From the NCBI GenBank assembly GCA_035307865.1, contig DATGHT010000321.1, positions 1 to 29,847 on the forward strand: a stretch of 29,847 nt of DNA. Reading direction: 5' to 3'. How positions within the stretch are numbered: position 1 is the first letter of the stretch; every line of letters begins with the position of its first letter. The translations under genes were made by a program, and so were the position numbers. This DNA comes from Candidatus Eremiobacteraceae bacterium. Its GTDB lineage: Bacteria > Vulcanimicrobiota > Vulcanimicrobiia > Eremiobacterales > Eremiobacteraceae. Positions 11,753 to 19,717 of the stretch are shown here, piece after piece. The notes beneath the pieces were generated by a model, which saw only the letters and a list, made by a program, of their open reading frames with translations, made no database searches and was not told the origin of the DNA.

Positions 11753-12919
11753 TTACGATGCCGCTTGCGGCAACGTCGGTGCAGTTGTCGGCGCAAACTC
11801 CGGCGGCATCGCACCGCCGCGTTGATACGCCCACAACGCGTCGGCGATGCGTTGCGCTGCGTGTCCGTCGCCGTAGGGATTGGTCGCCTGCGCCATCCTT
11901 TTATACGTGGCGGAGTCATCGAGCAGTTCGCTGAGCTCATGCACGACGTCGTTTTCAGCGACGCCGACCAAGCGAAGCGTGCCGGCCTCCAACCCTTCCG
12001 GGCGCTCGGTAACGCGACGCAGCACGAGCACCGGCTTGCCAAGACAAGGCGCCTCCTCTTGCAATCCGCCGGAATCGGTGACGACGATCGTCGCGCGCGC
12101 GACCGTTGCGACGAGCTGCCGGTAGGTGAGCGGCGCGATGAGATGCACGCGCGGTTTGCCGTCGAGCAGCCGGCGCACCGCTTCCACGATCGGCGGGTTC
12201 GGGTGCACGGGCCACACGAGCGACACATCGGGTCGCTTGGCGAGCACTGTGCCCAATGCTCGGCAGAAGCCCTCGAGCGGAGCGCCCAAGTTCTCGCGCC
12301 GGTGCGCTTCCGCGAAGATCATCCGCGGCGTATCAACCGGCACAGCGTCGCGCGCGGTCACGCGTGCATGGACCCACAAGAAGGCGTCGATCACCGTGTT
12401 GCCGGTGACGACGATGCTCGCTGGATCTTTTCCCTCGCGCAAGAGATTGCGCTTGGCGAGCGGCGTCGGAGCGAAGTGGTAGGTCGCGAGCACGCCGGTG
12501 AGCCGGCGATTGATTTCTTCTGGAAACGGTTCGTAGATCGTCGAGGTGCGCAGCCCGGCTTCCACATGGCCGACCGGAATTTGCTGGTAGTACGCCGCCA
12601 GCGCCGCCGCGGTGGATGTGGTCGTGTCGCCGTGCACCAAGACAACGTCGGGCTTGAGATCTCGTAACGCAGTGCCCACGCGCTCCAGCACGCGGGTCGT
12701 GATGTCGGTCAGAGATTGCCCTTCGGTCATCACGCCTAAATCGTACTCCGGGCGCAAACCGATCAACCGCATCACTTCGTCCAGCATCTCGCGGTGCTGG
12801 GCGGTCGCGATCGGGTAACAGCGAAAACGGGGATCGGCGCTGAGTGCATGGACGACCGGCGCCATTTTGACTGCGTCCGGGCGCGTGCCGAAAACGACGG
12901 CCACGCTCACAGGGCACAT
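11753..12919 (-). CDS. wecB: UDP-N-acetylglucosamine 2-epimerase (non-hydrolysing)
   Basis: Start trimmed to ATG 12919 (TGATG overlap with the upstream stop). FGTRPDAVKMAP, VHGDTTT, GHVEAGLR, HRREN, TDSGGLQEEAP, NPYGDG. Confidence 0.95.
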   Translation of the reverse strand: MCPVSVAVVFGTRPDAVKMAPVVHALSADPRFRCYPIATAQHREMLDEVMRLIGLRPEYDLGVMTEGQSLTDITTRVLERVGTALRDLKPDVVLVHGDTTTSTAAALAAYYQQIPVGHVEAGLRTSTIYEPFPEEINRRLTGVLATYHFAPTPLAKRNLLREGKDPASIVVTGNTVIDAFLWVHARVTARDAVPVDTPRMIFAEAHRRENLGAPLEGFCRALGTVLAKRPDVSLVWPVHPNPPIVEAVRRLLDGKPRVHLIAPLTYRQLVATVARATIVVTDSGGLQEEAPCLGKPVLVLRRVTERPEGLEAGTLRLVGVAENDVVHELSELLDDSATYKRMAQATNPYGDGHAAQRIADALWAYQRGGAMPPEFAPTTAPTLPQAAS

Positions 12920-13950
12920 CAAAAGATGTGCGGCCCGCCGGGTCTGGACAACATGAGCGCGATCGCGCCCAGAATACCGCACACGAAATAGAGCAAAATC
13001 ACCACTTGGCGCTGCGACAGTCCGAACTCCAGCAACTGATAGTGCATGTGACTGCGATCTGCCAAGAAGATAGGCGTCCGTTTGCGCAAACGCTTCAGGA
13101 TGACGCTGGCGGTGTCGAAGATCGGCAAGGCTAAGACGAGCAGCGGCACGAGGAGCGAGATGGCCACCGGCACCTTTTCCGTGCCCATCACCGACGCGCT
13201 CGCAAGCACGAATCCGATGAACAGCGAACCGCCGTCGCCCATGAAGATGCGCGCGGGATTGTAGTTAAAAGGAAGAAACCCGGCGGCAGCGCCGCCCAGC
13301 GCGCACATCGTGATCGCGACCAGGTACTCGTGATGCCAGAGCGAGACGACGATCATCGTCACCGACGCGATCAACGTCACGCCGGTCACCAGGCCGTCCA
13401 AGCCGTCCAGAAAGTTGATCGCGTTGACCATCCCCAGGTACCAAAATAGCGTGAAGGGGACGGCGAACCAGCCTAAACTGACGTAACCGTAATGCGGCAG
13501 CGTGAACCCCACGATCGGAAACTTGTACAACACGATGGCGATCAGCGCGACGCAGAATTGTGCGGCCAGCTTGCGCCGCGGCTGCATCCCCATGATGTCA
13601 TCCCACAGCCCGACGCCCAGCATGAGCGTTCCGCCGAAGAGCAGGCCGATGATATGCGCTAAATCGTCGGTGCCGAGGTAGTGATGGATGACAAAATTGT
13701 TGGACAGCGCCACGTTGAGCATCGCGAACAGCGCCAGCATGAAGCCGACGTAGATCGCGATGCCTCCTAAGCGCGGCGTGGGATGACTGTGGATGCGCCG
13801 TTCGCCGTCCGGTTCGTCGAAAACGCCGACCGCGAAGGCCATGCGGCGCACGAGCGGCGTCACGATCGCGCAGGCGATCAGTGCGAGCACGAACGTCAAT
13901 CCGCACAGCCAGTAGATATTGATGTTGAATGCGGGATGCGCCGTCGTCAC
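12919..13950 (-). CDS. MraY-family (WecA/TagO-like) undecaprenyl-phosphate GlcNAc-1-phosphate transferase
   Basis: PTPRLGGIAI, GLWDD, NAINFLDGLDGL, FNYNPARIFMGDGGS, DRSHMHY. Many TM helices. Confidence 0.9.
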   Translation of the reverse strand: MTTAHPAFNINIYWLCGLTFVLALIACAIVTPLVRRMAFAVGVFDEPDGERRIHSHPTPRLGGIAIYVGFMLALFAMLNVALSNNFVIHHYLGTDDLAHIIGLLFGGTLMLGVGLWDDIMGMQPRRKLAAQFCVALIAIVLYKFPIVGFTLPHYGYVSLGWFAVPFTLFWYLGMVNAINFLDGLDGLVTGVTLIASVTMIVVSLWHHEYLVAITMCALGGAAAGFLPFNYNPARIFMGDGGSLFIGFVLASASVMGTEKVPVAISLLVPLLVLALPIFDTASVILKRLRKRTPIFLADRSHMHYQLLEFGLSQRQVVILLYFVCGILGAIALMLSRPGGPHIF

Positions 13951-14417
13951 GGTTGGCTCTGCAAGCGCTCCGTCACAATGCCCGCCTCGCGCAGCAGCCC
14001 GAAGGCGATGTCATCGGGATACGAGTCCTCGTAGACGATCCGTTTCACGCCCGCGTTGATCAAGAGCTTGGCACATGTCTGACACGGGTTATTGCTGCAG
14101 TAGAGCGTCGCACCCTCGATGGAAATGCCGTGGCGCGCGGCTTGCACGATTGCGTTTTGTTCCGCGTGGGTCGAGCGCACGCAATGGTCGTTGAGCAAGT
14201 CGCCGCCGGCGGTATGGTCGCAGTGACGCAGACCGGCGGGCGCGCCGTTGTAGCCGGTCGCGAGGATGAGCTTGTTCTTCACGAGCAGCGCACCGATCGC
14301 CCGGCGCGAGCAGGTCGCTCTCGTCGCCACCGCGCGGACGATCGCCATGAAATAGGCATCCCAGGATGGGCGGCCGGCGATGTCGTTGGGCAGCAAGGCG
14401 CTCGCCGACTCGCTCAC
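13947..14417 (-). CDS. dCMP deaminase / ComEB-like zinc deaminase
   Basis: RPSWDAYFM, RATCSRR, TGYNGAP, HAEQNAI, PCQTC. Confidence 0.9.
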   Translation of the reverse strand: MSESASALLPNDIAGRPSWDAYFMAIVRAVATRATCSRRAIGALLVKNKLILATGYNGAPAGLRHCDHTAGGDLLNDHCVRSTHAEQNAIVQAARHGISIEGATLYCSNNPCQTCAKLLINAGVKRIVYEDSYPDDIAFGLLREAGIVTERLQSQP

Positions 14418-15160
14418 GAGCGAGTCCCAGGATTCTTCAATGTCACGGTGCCGGCGGAACGGGTGAGCGGCACTCTGCCAGCGCCCGCGCCGTAGAGCCG
14501 GTCGCCGGCGTCTCCCAAGCCCGGGATGATGTACCCGTGTTCGTTGAGATGGCGATCGACGGCGCAGGTGAACGACACCAATCCGGGATGAGCGCTAAAG
14601 AGCGTGCGCAAGCCTTCCGGTGCGGCGATCAGCGAAACGAGGCGGATATCGGCCAGCCGTGCGCCATGGTCGAGGAGCAGCTCGATCGTCGCGATCGCCG
14701 ACGCTGCGGTTGCGAGCATCGGATCCAAGATGAAGACTCGCCAGTCGAGCAGCTTCTCCGGAAGATTGACGTAGTACGGAACGGCGCGCAACGTATCGGG
14801 ATCGCGATAGATGCCGACGTGCGCCACATGCGCCTGCGGCAGGAGCGCGTGAAAGCCCGGCACCAGACCTAACCCTGCTCGCAAGATGGGCACCAGCAGC
14901 GGCACGCGCACGACGGTCTTGGCGGGTGCCCAGCCGAGTGGCGTCGCCACCTGGGTATCGGTTGTTTCCAAATCCGCGGTCGCGGGCCAGGCGAGCAGCG
15001 TTGCGAGCTCAGCGCATAGTTCCCGAAATTCCTTATTCGGAGTGGCGGCGTCGCGCAGCCGACCGAGCTTGTCCGCGACAAGCGGATGCTCGACGACGCA
15101 CAGCCCCGGAAAGTCCGGCGCCGTCGTCACACGGGCCTGCGAAAGTGCTGACGCGTCCAT
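14414..15160 (-). CDS. upp: Uracil phosphoribosyltransferase
   Basis: HPLVADKL, VPILRAGLG, DPMLAT, YIIPGLGDAGDRLYG. Confidence 0.92.
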   Translation of the reverse strand: MDASALSQARVTTAPDFPGLCVVEHPLVADKLGRLRDAATPNKEFRELCAELATLLAWPATADLETTDTQVATPLGWAPAKTVVRVPLLVPILRAGLGLVPGFHALLPQAHVAHVGIYRDPDTLRAVPYYVNLPEKLLDWRVFILDPMLATAASAIATIELLLDHGARLADIRLVSLIAAPEGLRTLFSAHPGLVSFTCAVDRHLNEHGYIIPGLGDAGDRLYGAGAGRVPLTRSAGTVTLKNPGTRS

Positions 15161-15165
15161 AACCG

Positions 15166-16419
15166 TTACGGAACGCCGAACGCGCTTGTGAGCTCGTACA
15201 CGCGCGCACGGAGGGCATCGCTGCGCGAGTTCTTGCCGATGTCGGCCATTGCTTCACCCATGATGTCGCCGATCTCGCGCATCTCGGCCTCCTGCATGCC
15301 GCGGGTCGTGATAGCCGGCGTGCCGATGCGAATGCCGCTGGCGACCGCCGGCGGGTTTTTGTCAAAGGGAATCGTGTTCTTGTTGACCGTGATGCCGATG
15401 CCGTCAAGGTATTCTTCGACGGCCTTACCGGTCAGGCCACGCACGGAAACGTCGACGAGCATGAGGTGATTGTCCGTTCCGCCCGTGACGATGCGTAGGC
15501 CCTTCGCTTCGAGCGAGCGCGCGAGTTCTTGCGCGTTACGGATGATTTGGCGGGAGTAGGTTTTGAATTCGGGCTTGAGCGCTTCGCCGAACGCTACCGC
15601 TTTGGCGGCGATGACGTGCATGAGCGGACCGCCTTGGATACCCGGAAACACGGTTTTGTTGATCGCTTTGCCGCGCTCGGGATCGGTCATCACCACGCCG
15701 CCGCGCGGACCACGCAACGTCTTGTGCGTCGTGGAAGTGACGTACTCGGCGTGGCCGATCGGCGAAGGATGCAGCCCAGCCGCGACGAGGCCGGCGACGT
15801 GCGCGATATCAGCGAACAACAACGCTCCCACCTCACGCGCGATATCGGCAAATGCCTTCCAATCCGGCGTGCGCGCATAAGCGCTCCAGCCTGTGACGAG
15901 CATCTTGGGTTTGTGCGTGCGCGCGATCGCTCTGATCTCATCGTAGTCGAATCGCTCGGTTCCCTTACTGACGCCGTAGCTGACCATGTTGTACATCTTG
16001 CCGCTGAAATTGACTTTGCTGCCGTGCGTGAGATGGCCGCCGTGATCGAGCGAGGTCCCCATGACCGTGTCGCCGGGTTGCAGCGCCGCGAAATATACCG
16101 CCATGTTGGCTTGGGCGCCGGAGTGCGGCTGCACGTTGGCATAGGGGGCGGCGAAGAGTTGTTTCAAGCGTTCGATGGCGAGGTTCTCGGCGATGTCGAC
16201 GTACTCGCAGCCGCCGTAGTAGCGCTTCGCAGGATACCCTTCAGCGTACTTATTCGTGAGCACCGAACCCGCCGCTTCGCGCACGGCGGCGCTCACGTAG
16301 TTCTCCGATGCGATGAGTTCGAGGTTCTTGCGCTGGCGCTCTTCCTCTAACTCGATCGCCCGGTAGACCTCCGGATCGGCGGCCGCGAGTGTGAGCTGCT
16401 CCAAGACTCTCGCGTTCAC
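15166..16419 (-). CDS. glyA: Serine hydroxymethyltransferase
   Basis: [40 protein letters not shown] (PLP Lys). Confidence 0.98.
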   Translation of the reverse strand: MNARVLEQLTLAAADPEVYRAIELEEERQRKNLELIASENYVSAAVREAAGSVLTNKYAEGYPAKRYYGGCEYVDIAENLAIERLKQLFAAPYANVQPHSGAQANMAVYFAALQPGDTVMGTSLDHGGHLTHGSKVNFSGKMYNMVSYGVSKGTERFDYDEIRAIARTHKPKMLVTGWSAYARTPDWKAFADIAREVGALLFADIAHVAGLVAAGLHPSPIGHAEYVTSTTHKTLRGPRGGVVMTDPERGKAINKTVFPGIQGGPLMHVIAAKAVAFGEALKPEFKTYSRQIIRNAQELARSLEAKGLRIVTGGTDNHLMLVDVSVRGLTGKAVEEYLDGIGITVNKNTIPFDKNPPAVASGIRIGTPAITTRGMQEAEMREIGDIMGEAMADIGKNSRSDALRARVYELTSAFGVP

Positions 16420-16907
16420 GTGCGCACGTCCACGGCGTCTTTGGGGAAGGGCTTACCGCTTTCATAGTCGCTGATCTCATCGACGCGGCGCGCGTGCCGG
16501 CCACCCTCGGGCTCGGTCTGCAGCCAGACATCGAGGCACTCGCGAACCATTTCCCAACCCGTTAGGCGCTCGGCGAAGCACGCGACGTTGCAGTGATTGT
16601 GCTGCCGCGAGAGTTTGGCGGAATAGGGTTCGGCGATCGGGGCGGCGCGGACGCCCTTCACTTTGTTTGCCGCGATCGCGATGCCCAAACTCGAGCCGCA
16701 CACGAGCACGCCCCGGTCGCACTCGTCGTTCGCAACCGCTTCACCAACTTTGAATCCTACCAGGGGATAGTCGATCGGTTCGGTCGAGTACGTGCCGAAG
16801 TCGATCACCTCATGACCGAGTTCGCGCAGATGCTGGGCGATCAGCGTCTTGTACGCAAAACCCGCATGATCGGCACCGAGCGCGATCCGAAACGTCGTGC
16901 TAGCCAT
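16416..16907 (-). CDS. rpiB: Ribose-5-phosphate isomerase B
   Basis: [39 protein letters not shown]. Confidence 0.93.
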   Translation of the reverse strand: MASTTFRIALGADHAGFAYKTLIAQHLRELGHEVIDFGTYSTEPIDYPLVGFKVGEAVANDECDRGVLVCGSSLGIAIAANKVKGVRAAPIAEPYSAKLSRQHNHCNVACFAERLTGWEMVRECLDVWLQTEPEGGRHARRVDEISDYESGKPFPKDAVDVRT

Positions 16908-16948
16908 CGTGTGAGTGGTTCCCCCCGTCCCAGTGGGCAGCCTTTGTG

Positions 16949-17419
16949 TTACGCGCCGTCGCCGAACTTCTGTAAGGTTGCGAAAATCTCGGGCATGGCG
17001 CTCAGTAACGTATCGCGCACCGAGCGCACTTCATCCGGGTCGCCGCTGATGGGATCGGGAACGTCGCCTTGGCCTGTGATGTCGTTAAAGCTGAGAATCT
17101 TTTTGGCGTCTTTTTTGAAGGCGCTGCGCAGCATGTCACGCTGTTCGTCCGTCATCGTGACGACGAGCGTCGCGGGGGAGACCAAGTCGCCGCTCGCAGG
17201 CTGAGAGCGGTGCTGGTCGAGGGAGAGACCGATCTCATTCATCGTCGCTTGGGCGATGGTCGCAGCCCGGTAGCCCGGCAGCGCATGCGTCCCTGCGCTC
17301 GCCACCCGCAGCGGCATGCCGCGGCGCTGGGCCTCCGCGGACGCGATGACTTGCGCGATGGCGCTGCGGCACGCGTTGGCCGCACAGATGAACACGAGTT
17401 GGGCGTCGGATTGCGGCAT
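16949..17419 (-). CDS. Low-molecular-weight protein phosphatase (YwlE-like position)
   Basis: Start trimmed to MPQSDAQ (ATG 17419). P-loop CAANACRS, SAGT, DVPDP. Lies upstream of rpiB-glyA like ywlE in Bacillota. Confidence 0.85.
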   Translation of the reverse strand: MPQSDAQLVFICAANACRSAIAQVIASAEAQRRGMPLRVASAGTHALPGYRAATIAQATMNEIGLSLDQHRSQPASGDLVSPATLVVTMTDEQRDMLRSAFKKDAKKILSFNDITGQGDVPDPISGDPDEVRSVRDTLLSAMPEIFATLQKFGDGA

Positions 17420-17424
17420 GTTTG

Positions 17425-18393
17425 CTATTTCTGGGGCTCGTTTGCGGCGCCCTGGGCAACCATCGCCTCGACTTCCGCTGCCGTCGGCAGTGCGGGAATC
17501 GCGCCCTCGCGCAAACAGGCGAGCGCGCCCGCTGCGCAGCCGTACCGTACGGCGTCTTGCGTGCTGGCCGCGTTCAAAGCCAGATCGTGTGTCCACAGCA
17601 GGCGCCACAAAATTGCCGCCATGCAAGCATCACCCGCGCCCGTGGTATCCACGGGCTCGATGCGCGGGCCACGCACCTCGCCGTGCGACCCATCGCGCAA
17701 GAACCACGCGCAGCCGCGCTCGGCGCGGGTCATGATGACCGCCTGCGTAGCGTCGCTGAGCAAGGCGCGCGGGTCATCCGGCGGCAACTGCATGCTCGTC
17801 AGATCCTCGTCAGAAAGTTTCACGAGGTTCGCGCAAGCGCAGCCGGCCAGCAGCAGACGCGTCATCTCCTCACTTGTTTGGAACAGTGATGGCCGAGCGT
17901 TCGGATCAAAGGTCACGAACACGCCGTTGCTGCGCGCAGTTTGGGCGAGCGCCATGCAGGTCGAGCGTGCCGGTTCGCTCGACAGCAAGACCCCGCCGAA
18001 ATGCAGCGCCTTCGCGCGCGTGATCGTGCCTTCCGCAACGTCCCCCAGCTCCAAGAGGCTGTCGGCGCCGGGATGACGCACGAACATGAAATCCCGCTCG
18101 CCGTGCTCGCCGCGCGCAACAAATGCGAAGGTCGTCGTCGCGTCTACCACGCGCACGTCGTCGAGGTTCACGTTTTCGTGCGCCAGCGTGCTTACGAGAT
18201 ACTTTCCGAACGGATCACGACTGACCGTGCCGGCAAAATGCGCTGTGCCGCCGAGCCGCGCGATGCCGACTGCCACGTTCGAAACCGCTCCACCGGCCGC
18301 GCGCGAAAAGAATTCGCTCGCGCCGAGATTTGCGATGCCTGCTTGCGCAATGAAATCGACCAGCGATTCTCCGACGCACACGACGTAACTCAT
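17425..18393 (-). CDS. PfkB-family carbohydrate kinase (fructokinase-like)
   Basis: Start trimmed to MSYVVCVGESLVD (ATG 18393). GGAVSNVA, FDPNAR, VDTTGAGD. Confidence 0.92.
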   Translation of the reverse strand: MSYVVCVGESLVDFIAQAGIANLGASEFFSRAAGGAVSNVAVGIARLGGTAHFAGTVSRDPFGKYLVSTLAHENVNLDDVRVVDATTTFAFVARGEHGERDFMFVRHPGADSLLELGDVAEGTITRAKALHFGGVLLSSEPARSTCMALAQTARSNGVFVTFDPNARPSLFQTSEEMTRLLLAGCACANLVKLSDEDLTSMQLPPDDPRALLSDATQAVIMTRAERGCAWFLRDGSHGEVRGPRIEPVDTTGAGDACMAAILWRLLWTHDLALNAASTQDAVRYGCAAGALACLREGAIPALPTAAEVEAMVAQGAANEPQK

Positions 18394-18527
18394 AGACACA
18401 TTTTCTTTCGGCGCGGTTGCAACCATGCTCTGTGCAAAAGTGGAGGGTTCCCGAAGATGCCGCAGAACAGCGCGTCGTTGAAAGCAACGCGCGCCTCTCG
18501 GCTCTGCGCACGCGCGAGCATTGTCAC

Positions 18528-19328
18528 ATGAAGCTCGGGTGTAACTCGCACTCCTACGCGCGCATGCTGGCGGCCGGCGAGCTGACGCAGCTTGAGTGGG
18601 TCGACGCGTGTGCGCACGACCTCATGCTCGACGGCGTCGAATTTGCCGGCGCGCACTTTCCCCGGTCCGACGAAGACTACCTCGCACAACTCAAAAAGCT
18701 GTGCGTCGATCGTTGTCTGACCGTCGCCGGATTGCATCACGACGTCGCCTTCGATCCGGCTGATGTCGATAGGCATGCGGCCTTACTCGTGGCCGCGATG
18801 AGCAGCGCGCTGGCGTTGGGAGCGCCGGTCGTGCGGTTCACGAGCTCGAGCGCGAGCGGCTCACCGGGCATTGCGTGGCGCGAGCTCATTCGCGGTCTCA
18901 AAGCAGCGTGTCTCGATGCGAAGTTCCACAACATCACGCTGGCGCTGCAACCGAGTGCGGGTTCGCTCGTCGCGACGCCTGCGGAGGCCAAACGGGCGAT
19001 GAAGGAATGCGATTCCGCATGGCTGCGGCTGGCGCTCTCCGCGCGTGAGTTCACGTCGGAACAGCGCGAGGAGTGGGCGGCCGCCCTTGCCGACGTGGTC
19101 ATTATCAGCGCGCCAATGGTGCGCTTGGACACATTCGGTGCGGATGAAACCATCGACTACATCAGCGTGCTCACGCAGCTGTGGCAGCACCGCTACCGGG
19201 GGTTTCTCTCATTGGAATATGGCGGCGACGAAGACGAAGGCGCGGCGGTGAAAAGCTCGGTGTCGTGGCTGCGTGGCATGTTGGCCAAAGATGCGCTCAA
19301 GGCTGCCGCGATACTGCCGGCCACTTGA
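18528..19328 (+). CDS. Xylose-isomerase-like (AP endonuclease 2) TIM-barrel protein, metal ligands degenerate
   Basis: Start trimmed to MKLGCNSHSY (ATG 18528). DGVEF, ALALGAPVVR, IDY...YRGFLSLEY are typical of sugar-phosphate isomerase/epimerase barrels. Confidence 0.75.
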   Translation: MKLGCNSHSYARMLAAGELTQLEWVDACAHDLMLDGVEFAGAHFPRSDEDYLAQLKKLCVDRCLTVAGLHHDVAFDPADVDRHAALLVAAMSSALALGAPVVRFTSSSASGSPGIAWRELIRGLKAACLDAKFHNITLALQPSAGSLVATPAEAKRAMKECDSAWLRLALSAREFTSEQREEWAAALADVVIISAPMVRLDTFGADETIDYISVLTQLWQHRYRGFLSLEYGGDEDEGAAVKSSVSWLRGMLAKDALKAAAILPAT

Positions 19329-19345
19329 ACCGATAACGGTTGCCC

Positions 19346-19369
19346 GAAAAAGCAGAACGACCCGCTGCT
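19346..19369 (-). terminator. Probable intrinsic terminator downstream of 6S RNA
   Basis: Minus strand reads AGCAG-CGGGTCGTT-CTGCT-TTTT. Confidence 0.5.
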
Positions 19370-19389
19370 GTTCACACCGGGCCGTCTAC

Positions 19390-19570
19390 AACCCCAAAGT
19401 GCCGTTACTCGCCGGGAATTGAACCCGCTTTCGCAGGTGGGTGCGTACCCGGCCATCGGAAGGCTTCCCTCAACGAGGAGGGCATGCACAAAAACGGCCT
19501 GGAGTCTTGCTCCCTTTGTGATTGTGTTGGATCAATCACCAAAGGCGAGCTCTCGCACACCCCAGGGACC
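19390..19570 (-). ncRNA. ssrS: 6S RNA
   Basis: About 180 nt. The 5' GGUCCCUGGGGUGU pairs with 3' GCACUUUGGGGUU, GCUCGCC with GGCGAGU, and UUGAUCC with GGGUUCAA. There is an A-rich central bubble and the 3' signature GAAGCCUU...CACCCACCU...GGGUUCAA resembling known 6S RNAs. Confidence 0.85.
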
Positions 19571-19591
19571 GCGCTTTCGCGCGACACCGCT

Positions 19592-19620
19592 AACCTAGCA
19601 CGCTGCCGCGCGAAAAACAA
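19592..19620 (-). promoter_or_regulatory. Sigma70-type promoter for 6S RNA
   Basis: TTGTTT-17 nt-TAGGTT with an extended -10 TG (TGCTAGGTT), about 20 nt upstream of the 6S stem. Confidence 0.55.
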
Positions 19621-19647
19621 GTCTTGACAAAAGAGAAGTGATCGACC

Positions 19648-19679
19648 AAAAAAAGGAGCGGCCCACAACGAGCCGCTCC
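19648..19679 (-). terminator. Rho-independent terminator of the TonB-dependent receptor gene
   Basis: GGAGCGGC-TCGTTGTGG-GCCGCTCC-TTTTTTT, 38 nt after the stop codon. Confidence 0.9.
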
Positions 19680-19717
19680 ACTTCCGCCGGCGCGGTTCGA
19701 TGCCGCGCGACGTCGGC

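Noticed and set aside
11621-12667. 348-aa plus-strand ORF, and similar long antisense ORFs (e.g. 17069-18076, 15529-16350, 5307-6125)
   Set aside because: Opposite well-conserved genes, Arg/Ala-rich and without motifs; expected in high-GC DNA.
19405-19445. GGGTTCAATTCCC resembling a tRNA T-arm or tmRNA 3' end
   Set aside because: No cloverleaf, acceptor stem or CCA; the segment is better explained as the conserved 3' strand of 6S RNA.
19624-19629. Perfect TTGACA on the plus strand
   Set aside because: No -10 element at 16-18 nt spacing and no downstream plus-strand gene.
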